Assembly: GCA_950097015.1 (NCBI GenBank)
Contig: CATNEN010000011.1
Span: 4,340,001 to 4,404,000, forward strand
Source: Macrostomum hystrix
Lineage: Eukaryota > Animalia > Platyhelminthes
DNA length: 64,000 bases
Direction of reading: 5' to 3'
Part shown: in pieces, positions 12,813-25,130 of the stretch
How the letters are laid out: each line of letters opens with the position of its first letter
How positions within the stretch are numbered: position 1 is the stretch's first letter
Program-made: the position numbers and the translations under genes
Notes under the pieces: model-generated
What the model was told of the DNA's origin: nothing
The model's database searches: none
What the model saw: only the letters and a program-made list of their open reading frames with translations

Positions 12813-13406
12813 GCTACTCTCCTGGACCTACTTGATCACTTGAAACGCGTTGCGCAGCATTCCGAAGCGAACAAGATGACACCAGCCGAACTGGCGGCTT
12901 GCCTGGCTGCGCCCTGCCTGCACCCCTCGGCTGAGGCCTCGGCCAGGCTAGAGCCGGGACTGCTGCAGGCGAACCGCATGGCACTGGTGCTGCAGCGAGT
13001 CATACAGATTTGGACCGACTCGGACGCGGCAGCTCAAGCTGCAACCGCAGCAGCGACCTCGACAGCAGCAGCAGCAGCATCCTCGGCATCAACGTCAGCT
13101 GCCATTGGGGAGCTACAGTTGCAACAGCAGCAGACCAGGCACAGCAGGCCTGTCTCGGCACCGACGGCGAACGCAGGTCAGCATCGCCGTCACTGCAACA
13201 GTCAGCAGCGAAGCAGTTCGGCAAATCGCGCAGCCGCTGGTAGCGGCGGAACTCTACCGCTACGCGGCAGGCGAGGCGGCAGCGGCGGCGACTACGCCAG
13301 AGCCGGTGCACTGGCACGCCGAATCAGTTACCATGGTGACGATGACAGATTAGACACTTTTGAAGGCGGCGAACGAACCAATTTTAGCTTGTATCGCCGG
13401 TACTGA
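12813..13406 (+). CDS. syd-1: Syd-1-like protein, exon 4 (RhoGAP end, C-terminal tail, stop)
   Basis: ccgcag|GCT, phase 0; ATLLDLLDHLKRVAQHSEANKM. The four exons sum to 3069 nt = 1022 aa plus stop. Confidence 0.92.
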   Translation, partial: ATLLDLLDHLKRVAQHSEANKMTPAELAACLAAPCLHPSAEASARLEPGLLQANRMALVLQRVIQIWTDSDAAAQAATAAATSTAAAAASSASTSAAIGELQLQQQQTRHSRPVSAPTANAGQHRRHCNSQQRSSSANRAAAGSGGTLPLRGRRGGSGGDYARAGALARRISYHGDDDRLDTFEGGERTNFSLYRRY

Positions 13407-13513
13407 CCAGTGTGTACAGAATCCATCTGTTTCCGATGTCCAAAGTCCCCACCAACAGAATCCCCGCATATTTATTTAGTTACGACTCATACTGTGCTGG
13501 GCAAGTGCGTGAA

Positions 13514-13669
13514 CAGTGGTCGTGGCGGGTCTCCTTCAAAAGCTTCTTAATGAAAAAATAGCGCAAAAATGGGGGAATATTTTTCATATTTTCGCGCCAT
13601 GGTCACAGAATTCGCGTATTCGCGCCATTTTCGCGCAGGCGCGAATTCGCGCCACCGCCACGACCACTG
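13514..13669. mobile_element. hAT-type MITE in the syd-1 3' region
   Basis: 15-bp perfect TIR cagtggtcgtggcgg / ccgccacgaccactg; internal ttcgcgc repeats. Left flank tgcgtgaa; right flank t[ca]gcgtgaa (8-bp TSD with a 2-nt insertion). Confidence 0.75.
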
Positions 13670-15277
13670 TCAGCGTGAAATCATTTCTATCAAAATGATT
13701 AGCCCTCACCTTGGGATCTTAACAGTAAAAAGACCACCGGGTCTATAAAAGTACTTACTGCCCACTTCGCGATGGCTCAAAAACAGAATGACTCATTTGA
13801 ACAACGACCCAGGTGACAAGGACACTAAATTGCTCTGTTTAAACTCTGGCGAGTCCATATTGGTAAATAAAGTTACTATTTCATCAATCCAAAATAATTC
13901 GCAATGATAGCCAACATGATTACATAAAGAAATGTAGTAAGCCGAAAATTATTGCCTCTATGGTGGTTTTTGCCACAAGACACCCCCGACAAATATCGTT
14001 GATAATCTTGACGATGCCGGTGTTTGGTGATTACGGAAGTTCTTTTATCGAATAGAGCGGAAAATTTAAACTCGTTTTAAGCGATTGGTTGAATATTTTA
14101 AGAGATACATAAAAAAATAAATAATTTGGGCATTTGAAATACCCACCTGTGGTCTTTCTTCTGTTAATGAGAGCACAAATATATTTCTGAGTATCATTTT
14201 GCCACATGCCCAATGCAGAAATATTCCCGTTTTAGTCGCACACAGTCTGGTCGGTCGTTATTTCCATCATCCATGCACGTCTGTTTCGCTGAGACAGCTC
14301 ACATTTTTCTTGGCAGTTTAAGGCTTTGTATGAGCTCATCTTGAATTGACTTATCTAATTCAATCAGCAGACCATGCACTTACCCTGATATAGCATAGAA
14401 TAGATTCCTCATGTAATTTCTAGCGCCTGCGCCTAACACAAGAATGTGAACATTTATTTTCATTACTATTTTTATGTGTCGCGGACAAGAAAGTATTACA
14501 AATTTGATTTGTCTCACTAGTTGTCATTCTTTATGCATAATTTTTTGTACTCGTATGAGTATACTAACGATTGAATCAGTTTGCTTGTTCAGAAGACAAA
14601 TTACAAACACAACCTTCCTACATTGGCCAGCTGGTATACAAGTATTGTTGGCAGCTCAGACTGTTGGATTTCAAATTATTTATGAGACATGCTTATCTGT
14701 GACTAAAAGTCGATGGACTTCAGTCAAAGGAAACATTTTTCGAGCTGCCTTGAATAAAAAATTAATTTCCCATAGCTCTAGTTCATCCAGTGTACCAACA
14801 TTGATACCAGCGTAAGTGGGAGGAACTGGGGCGGGTGTGAAGACCCGATCATGCAGTCCATGGACTGAACAGCTGTACGCAGACTTTAGATTCTCAGTAC
14901 AATAGCTGCGGCTGGCTGTACCATTCGACACCATACTTCAAGAAACAAACAACAAGAGGTAAAAAATGATGGACAGGAAAAAATACAAATAACAATTTTA
15001 TTTTTTCTTTTTTGTCGACTAAACTACGTCTAGCAGTAACATATAGTAAATAAACAAGTCAAACAACTACAATACAAAGGGAATCTATAATTTTGAACAC
15101 GTGATTCAATGTAGAAAATGCAGGTTAATTCAATTTAAACAGTCTATTTGTTATGCTTTATTGTTAAAGTACGTGAATTTATCTGTAAATGTTAATTATA
15201 ATAAAACATCCACACCAGACGCTGATTAAGTAGTATCTTGAAGATGTCTCATGGCTTACGCCTAAAGAAGAAGTCAA

Positions 15278-15877
15278 TCAAGCTTTTGACCCACTAACAG
15301 ACGATGTGGAACTGCTCTTAATCCTAGAAGCGGTTAAGTACAGTCCCATGTTAGTTGCCAACGCAACGAAACCAGTGGCGCCAAAGTAGAACAACAATAT
15401 GGATGGGCAATTCAACAGGAAGGTAAAAAACACTACGGGACCCAGCGTGGCAATGACGGGCCTAGCTGATTCCAGCACTGAGCCAAACCCGCTGATGTCG
15501 CTGTTGTTCGCCGACGGCGTCTGAGCCTTCGACGAGTTGTTTATGATAGACGACGTAGCAGCGTCCAGGCGAACATTGGCCAGCAGCATCAGGGAGATGA
15601 CAAGGGCAGCGGCACCGCTGGGATCAGCACAGGTGAGATCCATCAGCCAGTCGGTGGGGCCGCCACACTGAATGCCCGGCACTGGCACAGCGGCAGCCAC
15701 CGACATGGCGCGAAGGCAAGAAATGTGCAGCAATAGCCAGACCGCCTGGGACCCGACGCCGAGTGCGAGGTTGGACATTGCTCCGGGCGGTGCGGACTCT
15801 CTGGCTGCCTCCGATAGAGTGGCGGTTGCGCGCAGCTTGCGAGCCAGCCGATGGGATTCGGCCACGTTGTTGGCCGC
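15278..15877 (-). CDS. Oxa1/Cox18/YidC-family insertase, exon 2
   Basis: Acceptor ctctcatcag|GCG, phase 0. GGPTDWLMDLTCADP matches the family GG.xWFxDLT..DP motif, followed by hydrophobic TM segments. Total 350 aa. Confidence 0.8.
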   Translation of the reverse strand, partial: AANNVAESHRLARKLRATATLSEAARESAPPGAMSNLALGVGSQAVWLLLHISCLRAMSVAAAVPVPGIQCGGPTDWLMDLTCADPSGAAALVISLMLLANVRLDAATSSIINNSSKAQTPSANNSDISGFGSVLESARPVIATLGPVVFFTFLLNCPSILLFYFGATGFVALATNMGLYLTASRIKSSSTSSVSGSKA

Positions 15878-15915
15878 CTGATGAGAGGATATGGCCGGTA
15901 CATTAAAATAATAAT

Positions 15916-16203
15916 GAGGTTGTAGCCAAGTAAGACAGTCGGACAAACGACTTAAAGGTCGGGGGTTCGATTCCCGACTCCATTGGAACAATTTGTGTCC
16001 TTTACGAGGAAGCAAGACACTTAAAACTTCAGTTCACCCCACTGTTAAATGGGTACCAGCATTAGCTGGGCTAATTGATGGTGGGTGTGGCGGCCCCCAG
16101 TCCATGGGGGGACGCCATCGCAGCTATTGCGGCTGTGCTGTCGCCTGCACATCTGGCTTAATTGGGCAGGTGTAATCAATAATTATTACTATTATTATTA
16201 ATA
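15916..16203 (+). mobile_element. tRNA-derived SINE, antisense in the Oxa1-like intron
   Basis: gtagccaagt A-box-like, B box gggttcgattccc, central cagttcacccactgttaaatgggtacc block, (ATT)n tail. Confidence 0.75.
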
Positions 16204-16284
16204 ATTGCAGGCAAGCAGGGGGTATGGAGGGTTCATTAGAAGTCAGAGTTTAAGGCAATGGCATTTTTCGCTGACTCCTGAGCT

Positions 16285-16500
16285 CACATGCACACAGATA
16301 CTATGCGTAGGCACACGCTCACACAGGAGTATACATCTGCCCCTCACTTTCTCATTGTCAAACAGTGTAGACAAATTTCACTTTGTCTTGGAGGTTGGCC
16401 CTCAACTTCCTTAAGGGCGTAAATTTCACGACAAGTCACCACTTCTCTCCACGACCGCGCCCTAAATAAATGTGACCTCGCCGCGGAATCGAGCACAGGG
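16285..16500 (-). mobile_element. 5'-truncated copy of the SINE at 12440-12704
   Basis: Shared gctcgattcc(g/a)cggcgagg start and shared body. Confidence 0.6.
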
Positions 16501-16533
16501 ACTTTAGATAAACTTGAAGGTAAATCCGCACAC

Positions 16534-16986
16534 CTGAGCAGCTCTTAGCTGAGCGGTGAGGCTGGCTATCCGTCCAGCACTTTGATTATCCTGCTGGCCG
16601 CGTTGCAGTTGAAGCTGCTGATTGAATCGAAAGAATGTCAGGCCAGAATGAATGGCAACTGCTCGAACAGCGGCGCCCATGACAAGAGCGCTGGCCCACC
16701 AGGGCAGGCAGGCATCGGTGTGAAGCAGGTCCATGATGGTCAGAGCCCAATCGCTGGGCCACCAAGTCTGAGCTAGGCCCAGATCAGCCAATGAGACTGT
16801 GCACTCCCCCGGTGCAAACTGGGACATTGGGCCAACCAGTAGCCTATCTGCTGCTTCTGCTGGCACATAGAAAGATGCGCCATCGCTACCAATGCCAGAA
16901 CTGGCAGCAGTTGCTAAGCAACGATGAACACGCGAAAGGGACTTAAAATTAAAGCGTCGACAAATTTGTTGAGTTGCTCGAAACAT
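16534..16986 (-). CDS. Oxa1/Cox18/YidC-family mitochondrial insertase, exon 1
   Basis: Arg-rich presequence MFRATQQICRRFNFKSLSRVHRCLA. LGLAQTWWPSDWALTIMDLLHTDACLPWWASALVMGAAVR resembles the Oxa1 'H...GLPWW' TM1 region. Acceptor tttgcag|c ATG upstream; donor CAG|GTGTGC, phase 0. Confidence 0.8.
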
Positions 16987-19900
16987 GCTGCAAATTTGAG
17001 TGCTGCAATTAGTTGCTTCTCTAAACATAGTTTCCATGTAGTGTTGCATCTATGCACGTCTACATGGAAACTATGCATGTCTTCAATTCATCACATATTT
17101 ATCTAATACTGTGTGAATATTTCCTTCCTTGATTTGCAACAATGCAAAATTGAAATATGCTACCTTTAATAATTAACATTAACATTCCAGAAAATTTCTG
17201 GAATTCTGACTTCTGCGGAACAGTAAAGTGCAATTTTACTGGAAAATGTAGCCAGGCATTTATACCTATTACATAAAATTATTCTAGTAGAAATTGCCAG
17301 AATTCATGGATGCATGGATCCATTGCATGGATGGGCCAGGTCCAAAAACTAATTTTATAGATTTTAAAGAACTAGAATTGTTATAGCCTGCAGGTATTGG
17401 TCCTCTGATATGGGGGCTAATTGCAGGCTTCAGTCAATTGGGGTACTGCTTAAAACCAAAAAAGACTGAAATTAAAGCATATAGTGCTATTGATAGCTAT
17501 AGGCTCTATAGGGCTATTGATAGCCCTCCATGTGTTCTTTTTGTTTAAAATTGGAGCAATTTTTGTCATATAGTAATTATAATAGTCTAGTGTGTGCTCT
17601 TTTCACCATTTGGAACTTTTGCCTTGGGCCACTTTATAGTGTGCCTATTTTGTTTGTGACCAATTTGATGGTACTGTAGTCTTAGTAACACATTTGATAT
17701 ACTTTTGAATGCACACCATACTTGCCAACAAAAAGCACATTAAATATATACTAAACCATGATATGTACTTACACCCAAGGTAACCTTACCCAGACTATTT
17801 TTATAGCTATAATAAACAAAAAAATTGTTTCGATGCATTGTAAAAATCATTGAACCATGACATTGTGGTGGCCAGACGAAAACATACACTTAGCAACAGT
17901 CAAAAATTTCACCCTTAAAGCAAGATGAGTTTTTATCACTTATTGCAAGTGAGGCAACTTAGGGCACCCACATAGCTTAATGACACTACAATCTAGGTGT
18001 AGCTTAGGTCTGCTTAATGGTATAAACTATGTACTGTCAGTATATGTAACTGCTAAGTATATGTTACACACATGATTGCAAAATGGCCTGGCAAATGACT
18101 AATGCTGCCCATTGATGGCATGCTGTTGGAATGCTAGAAGTCAGTGCCTATATCAGCAAAGTTGCTCATAGATTTGGAACAGCACAAGTGGCAGTTCAAA
18201 AGATGCTGGCAAAGTCCTGCAAAACTGGCAGCATGAAGCACGCTGCAAAAGTGCTACAGGGTTGCAAGCAGCCTCAACTGAGTCTTGCCCACATTATGAG
18301 CCAAGAGCAGTTAGCAATGTAGCACATTCACTGGAGACAGTAGCAATGAATTTATTATTTTCACTAACAAAAGCCAGTTCCAAATCTTCTAAGCAGAGGG
18401 ATGCACCTAAGTCTGGCAAGAATCACAGGAAGAGATGCTGTAACAGCATGTGTCATATGCTAAGAAGCCAGGCTACCTCAGTGCATGTTAAGGCGCCTTC
18501 AGCTGGTGGGCCACCTCATCCACACAAAAGCGTATTGCCCACAGCCTGTGCAGGAGGTGCTGCTGCTCATGCTGCAGGCACCCTACTGGCGAGGGCAAGC
18601 ATGCAACCGGCACTTCGTCGACTGCCTACTAGCAGACGCCAGCGCCCTAGACACTGCCAGTGGCCCCGCACACATTCACGCCCAGGCCCTGAAGCATGCC
18701 TCCTGACACTGCAATTTGATCTTGACAGCATACTTTGTTGTTGTTGTTGTTAAGGTGAGTATTTTTTGCTATGTTCAAAGTTTTTTTAAGATACCAATTT
18801 GAATTTCAATAGCTATATATAGTCATAATCTGTAGAATTAACATAGGCTCATACAGCCTTCAGTGCAGTCACTTACAAAAAGTGGGAAATTTTCATGTTG
18901 CTTGAGGGGTGAAACATTAGGACTGTTGTAAGTACATAAACATGTTGGGCATTTTTAATAAATTTAGCATAGATATTAAAATAATCATGAATAGGGCCTA
19001 AAATAGGCAAATATATAGGCATAAATGGTACTAATGACATGGTTCCTCTACACTTTGTCATCTGGATGACAAAGTGACATAGTGACCAAGACTTATAGAC
19101 ACTTTGTCATCTCTATGATTTAGACAGGGTGCTAGCAATTGTTGTTTAATTTGCAGTCTTTATGCTTCAAGCAAATATAGAATTTTCAAATCTGAGTTTT
19201 AAATTGACTATCTCACTGATTAGTTAGTTTTTTTTTTGTTAGTTTTCCTCTTCTTTGTTAGTTTTTCTTTTCTTAGTTTTCTTAGTTATTTACTTGATTA
19301 TTTAGGTTAGGCCTACTTAGATTTCCACAAGTCTGTCTACATATGTGCGGTTTCCGCGCATTTCGGTGCCTGTGCTTTTTGGTGCCGAGCGTTTTGGTGC
19401 CCAGTCTTGCTTTTCGGTGCCCAGTCTTGCTTATCCAGAAGAGCCAATCAGAGCATAGCAGTGAGCATTTTTTGCGCTGCACATTTACAAGAAGTATCTG
19501 CCTAGGCCTGTTACTGAGGGCAGCCTGCTTGGTAATTTTGTGCTGCTTCCTGCTTGTGACATGGTGCATGTGTTATGCGAGTTTGCCCTATCCAATCATC
19601 CAGGTCTATGAAATTTGCCTGCCGAGGATTGCCGAAAAAAGTTGTACACCCTTTTATGGCAAGTTTGATCAATGTGTATCGATAGACGTGTATGATCTAA
19701 CAATATTATGATCTTGTGTGGCATAAAAATATGAGAACATACTACAATAATTACTACAATAATGTCAGAAATAAAATGAATAGTGTGCTTATGCATATCA
19801 AGTTTCTTGCTATCAAAAGACCATTTTACAAATTTGCAAACTTGATTATATTGTTTAGCTATTTTTGCTACTGATGGCTGGTCCTAAGAGTAGTGTGAGA

Positions 19901-20431
19901 AAAAACTTAACTGAGTGACCAATCTAGTTAGGCCTATATATTATCTGTGCATGCAATCAGCCATGTCCTGCATTGAAATTGTGAGTGACAAGCCTCGCCA
20001 TCAAGGAAATGATCATTTTAGTCTAGCGATTTATTCTTATCGAAGAGCCATCGACAAGCACAAGCATTATTGGGCATCATTGGATATCTACAAGGCCACA
20101 TTGGCCGCCTCCTGGTTGCCCAAAGACTGCAGTCTCTGTCACAAAAATAGCACTGTGCTGCACAAAGCAATGTGCCAATTGGAATGGTCCGAGAATCATT
20201 GCAGCCGTGCATGGGGCCACATGAGTACTGGAGCTGTTACAAAACTGTTTTCTGACGTCAAGGAACATTCCTTAAAACTGACAGTTGCCCAACATTAAGA
20301 AAGCATTGATAAACTTGCTTCCAATACCAAACCTGTTCACATTCTTTTGTGTCCCCATGTGTCGCCAAGAGAAATAGGCTTTTTAGACAAATAGCTTGAT
20401 TTCCAAAAATTTAGCTATAGCTAGGAGCTTA

Positions 20432-20518
20432 TTAAATGTCAACTTTAGTTCGCTGAAAAATGCCAACGCACGAGTAGGTCTTGTCAAGATCAACACCGAT
20501 TGCTGGAGTTTTAGACAT
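20432..20518 (-). pseudogene. hsp70: Hsp70 N-terminal stub (28 aa then stop)
   Basis: MSKTPAIGVDLDKTYSCVGIFQRTKVDI* is a degenerate form of the Hsp70 signature [21 protein letters not shown]. No continuation follows. Confidence 0.8.
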
Positions 20519-20976
20519 TCGTAAATCGTAAATATAGGTTACACTGGTGCTGCTGAAGTAGATTCGATGGCGTAAGTACTGAGTGCGACCTATTAACATA
20601 GCGGGGTAAATCTCACAAGGAGCATCGGAATTTGTCCTCTTAAAAAAATCTCGAAAATGACACATGTAATAGCTCTAAAATATTTATTTCCACCAACAGA
20701 ATATAGTTTGCATACTAAAAGCACAAAATAATAAAGTCTTATGCTTGAAAATTACACTTTTGTTTTTCTGGAGAAACGTACATCACGACTGTTACAAATA
20801 AATTATAAATCGTACTTTTAGCAGATATTATCGAATAATATAACTAATTTGCACTTAAAAAAAGACTAACTAAACCTTTTTGTTGCTGAAGTATTTTCTG
20901 ATTACTAGTTTTTTGTTTTTCTCCTTGCTCTATGGACTCAAATTTATTTAACGTGGGTAGTTCGCACAAGCTAATT

Positions 20977-22297
20977 GGGTCATTCTCAAATTAATGCTCG
21001 GAAATAGTGTGTTGTAAAAAAAGTTTTTGACAATTGCAAAAAACTTTATTTATTCTAATCTGTGTCTCTAGTAGAGTGCAAAATAGAAACCAGAACCACA
21101 AAATAACATTAATATGGACCAGCATTTACATTTGTTTATTGCCTTCAAAAACACCGTAAATTATTTTGCTTTCTGACGTACATTTTGCTATTAGATAAGG
21201 TCATACAAAAAGTGCATATTTTTTTTTAGTTTTCGTATATTAAACATAGTTGTCTTATTTTAGAAAAATCATTTATTATTGTTTTTTGTTATATCTAATA
21301 AAATTAAGATAGTTAATGTACATTTTTTCTGAAAAAAATTCAAAATTTTCCAAGGTCCAGAAGCTTCGAACAATTGGAATGTATACATATAGCACAATTT
21401 TTATTTAATTGGCCGTCAAGGAAATTCTTGTAATAAAATGAAGCAATGATGATATGAAATTCAGAGGTGCGTGTCTTGTCAATAAAAATTCACATTTTTA
21501 CACTATTTTGGCATTTCTTATGTCATGAAATCTCCTTTCCAGACACAAAAAATGTTACAATAAGCAAATTATGGTGTATCTTTCATTTTCTATAATAATT
21601 AGAAATATTCAAAACACGTAGATTTATTCCTTAGGAAGGTGGCATCATATCTGTAATATTTCCATGTATTAAGGTACCAGTATATGCGAGAAATCTTTTT
21701 TCTTGACAGTGTTGTTGTGCATAAGCATTCGAGTCGATTTTTATATTTTTTATGTTTGCTGTTTTTAAATACAATTAGTATATTGCTAATAATTACGAAT
21801 TAATTCAGATACAGTATCGTGATATAAATATTTATAAGAGAATGCGAATTGCTTCTGTCTTTTTATTTTATTCGCTTTCAAAAATGGAGCTTCAATACCT
21901 CACAGAATTTATTTACCTTTTAGTTTTCAAATGAAATACTTCGAAAAAGCTGAGTCACAGCACTTAGTGGCATAAATTTAATAGTCATTTTAGCTTAGAT
22001 TACTTTTAAATTCATTAGATGGGAGTAGTACTTAATATTTTATCATAATTAAGCTTGCAGTCGTGAACTTTTATGGCAAATGCGCATGCGCGGAAAATTT
22101 AAAACTTCGCAAATAATTTATTTGTGATTTTAAACAACGTAAGAATGCAGTAAAAACGCTATTTTTTCATTTTTTCAAATGTTTAGAAAACTTTCAAAAG
22201 TATTGAATCCTCGCAGCACACTTTAAAACGATAAAAATAGTGAAAAAAATATTTTTTTTGTTAATGCCTTCTCGGTACATAATTTTGAGAATGACCC
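20977..22297. mobile_element. Non-autonomous TIR element, 4-bp AATT TSD (Sola1-like by TSD)
   Basis: TIR gggtcattctcaaa at 20977 and tttgagaatgaccc ending 22297; aatt on both sides (20973-20976, 22298-22301). Superfamily assignment is inference. Confidence 0.7.
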
Positions 22298-23728
22298 AAT
22301 TATAGCTTACATCTTAATTATAGCTATTAAGATGAAAGCAGATATGTCAGCACAAAGCCGAACAGAAGTCTTTTACCTTAATGAAATACATTTTACCTCT
22401 GTTAGTTTAAATAGATTAAATGTTTCGAGAGAATATTATTGTTTGCTCTATCTGCAGAAAAAGATAAAAATCGATTATTAAAAGAAAGCAACCATCCTAG
22501 ATCCTATACTATAGGCTATAGATGGAAGACTTTAGATTTTTCTGTTCTAAAGTGTAAAGCTGAAGCATAAGCTTTGCAAATGAATGATTGAAATTATTTT
22601 ATAGAAATTTTAATGGTATTGAACAAAAGCGGGACAGAGTGATTAGAAAAATTATTAATTACATACCAAAATCGCAAAAGCAGCTCAGCATATATATCAG
22701 TAGAACAAATTGTTGGAGGGCTCTTTCTTATTATTTATGCTTATCAGTATTTAACCAGTAGGCCTATAACACATATAATTAAAGTATTTCTATGGTAGCA
22801 TATGAGTGTCCAAGTGGTAAGAAACTTTATTAATATGAATAACTCATATATGTGTATTAGTGACATAGTCTTATTTAATTCTCCAGTCCCAATGCAGGGC
22901 TACCAATGGATTGGAGGGTATCAGTTACCCACTCACTATGGAAACACTCGTTCTCTCCTCACCCTGTACAGGCTTGTTTATTTATTGCAATCCCCTTATG
23001 GGTTATGTCTTTATCACGCCCTTTATTGGCTTATATATACAGTTATTTCGGATCCAACCCTTTTTCTTACTATTCAATATGTTGTAGTGCTTCTTCTAAT
23101 CTGCACTTTCCTAGTAATTCAAATACATACTGTAAGTGGTTGGCCTAAATTCCTTATTTATTGCCTTCAGTCACTTAAAGTGACATATACATTATACCAC
23201 ACCCCTGCTCGGGTGGACTGATACAAACTACGAATAGTTTGGGTAGCGTGGCTCTTTGTCAAGATATTTCTGGCCTTCTGCCAGTAGTATTCTGGATACT
23301 AAATCTAGTTAGTTCTGGAGACAATACTCTCAGGTGATTCAGACAAGTTTTGTCAGGTAATCCAGGCTCTCTGGCCAGTCTGTACTCGGGCTTCCCCGGA
23401 TCGGTTTTAATGGCTTCCACTTACTTTAGAAATAAGTAAAGCTTTTTGAATATGCTCACAAAGAGAATGAACCGTTTAAGCTCCAATTTAATGGCAGACC
23501 AAATGGTTAACTCCCTCTATGAAAACCCCTCTGTATTTATACCAAAGTTCCTAATGAATGTTCCCAGTGTATTTCAGTAAAGTAAAACAACGTTTATGTA
23601 TAGATATTCGTAGCATATAAAAATATATAAAAGAATATTTCGCGCGCCAATTTAGTTTGGCCAATGAGGGCCCTTAACAAATATGACTTCTGTTGTCTGA
23701 GATTATAGCTTTCCAGCTTATTAAAGAA

Positions 23729-24305
23729 TTAACAAGTTTTTGGAAACTTTGCCTTTAACTTTGAAAATGTCCATGGCACCTCTTCAAGCACGGACAAAAC
23801 ACGCGATTCGCACACAGATGACTCTGTGCAGCTTACTCCGAAACTGGTACATAGCGCATTGTAAAGACAGTTTCCATCAGCAGGTGTGAAAATTGGCAAA
23901 AAGGTGCCTCTTAGAGAATCACTGAAGTTAAGAGTTGTAAGAGAAAAACGCTCGACACCCATAGTCGATAGGAGAATATTTGGATCGCATTCAAGTCCTG
24001 CTTCCCGAAAATGAAAATTTGCTCGAAAGCGAACAACAAGTTTTTCCATAACGAACACTTTACGCCGCAGAACTAGTGAACCGCTAGTAAGAGACTCTGA
24101 TAGCCTGTTTAAACAAAGTCTCCATTCAAAGCTGTCAGCCGTGCCTGTGCATGCACAGCACAGAAATGTGTTTCCAGTGACGCATCGTTCAACCCACAAA
24201 CGTGGGCTCCGAGAGCATCGCACTGAGAATGCCAGCCAAAGCGACATTCGCGACAAACCAAAAATAAGTCCGCCGGTAGTATAGCCTTACAACAGAACGC
24301 ACAGT
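23729..24305 (-). pseudogene. Frameshifted PHD-finger plus OTU-like (vertnin-type) protein fragment, probably transposon-borne
   Basis: Acceptor ttttttag|actgtgcg. PHD-like CAFC...CREC RFGWHSQC...FCAVH in one frame, then PADGNCLYNALC...ESRVLSVLE in another frame. Confidence 0.55.
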
Positions 24306-24559
24306 CTAAAAAAGAGATGGCAGACAAAAGTTAGGAACACGATTAGTCAGATCGGAAAACTCAAAATCGCTGTATAGACATCGGAAAGGGACAATCACAG
24401 CACAAATTAAAACAAACCTTTCGTCCCAGTGCAACGAGATCTTCTGTTCATCGTGCAGCTGAAACGAGCAATCGAAAGGTAAATAGCGAAAAGCATAGCA
24501 CACTATCATACGAATCATCATCACGAAGCTCGAAAAAATACTAGAAAAACGACAGACAC

Positions 24560-24921
24560 GCTGTCAAACAGATGCCAGACACATGCCAGAGAGATGCCAA
24601 TGCCAGACACAATGCCAAACAGATGCCAGACATGCCAATGCCAGACACCATGCCAAAACAGATGCCAGACACATGCCAGAGAGATGCCAATGCCAGACAC
24701 AATGCCAAACTGATCCCAGACAGACGCCAGACAGATGCCAGACACATGCCAATGCCAGACACAATGTCAAACAGATGCCAGACACATACCAATGCCAGAC
24801 ACTATGCCAAAGAGATGCCAGATAGATACTAATGCCAGTCACTATGCCAAACAGATGCAAAATAGCCAGAGAAATATGCCAATACCAGATAACATTCGAG
24901 CCATATTTTAAGGACATAGGT
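24560..24921. repeat. ATGCCA-based degenerate tandem array ending in a GGG terminus (possible CMC-type element end)
   Basis: Repeated atgccagac/atgccaaac units, then ...ggacataggg at 24921. No partner end found. Confidence 0.6.
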
Positions 24922-25130
24922 ATATCCAATGCTAGCTAGACACACTAGACCAAAGTTTGAAAAATGCTAGACACATGCTAAACCAATATGTGATACAAGT
25001 GTATTCTATATCAAGACCAAATAGTTGCTTAACATTTTTAAGACCTATTTTTGTACATTCTAATTGGACCTATACCAGAAATATACTTAAGATTTTGTTA
25101 TATACTGAAAATAAGAATTCCTATATCCTT

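Noticed and set aside
13800-14934. Possible degenerate coding fragments (e.g. 14680-14934)
   Set aside because: Protein-like composition but no motif recognised, and frequent stops.
18131-18775. GC-richer block with 163-aa ORF ending at a GTGAGT donor-like site
   Set aside because: No family recognised and no partner exons; could be a UTR exon or decayed gene.
19330-19650. ttcggtgcc repeats and a gggtgtac-like end suggesting a MITE
   Set aside because: No matching pair of TIRs or TSD found.
24521-24929. Cys/His-rich ORFs resembling metal-binding repeats
   Set aside because: Open in several frames on both strands because of the 6-nt ATGCCA periodicity.
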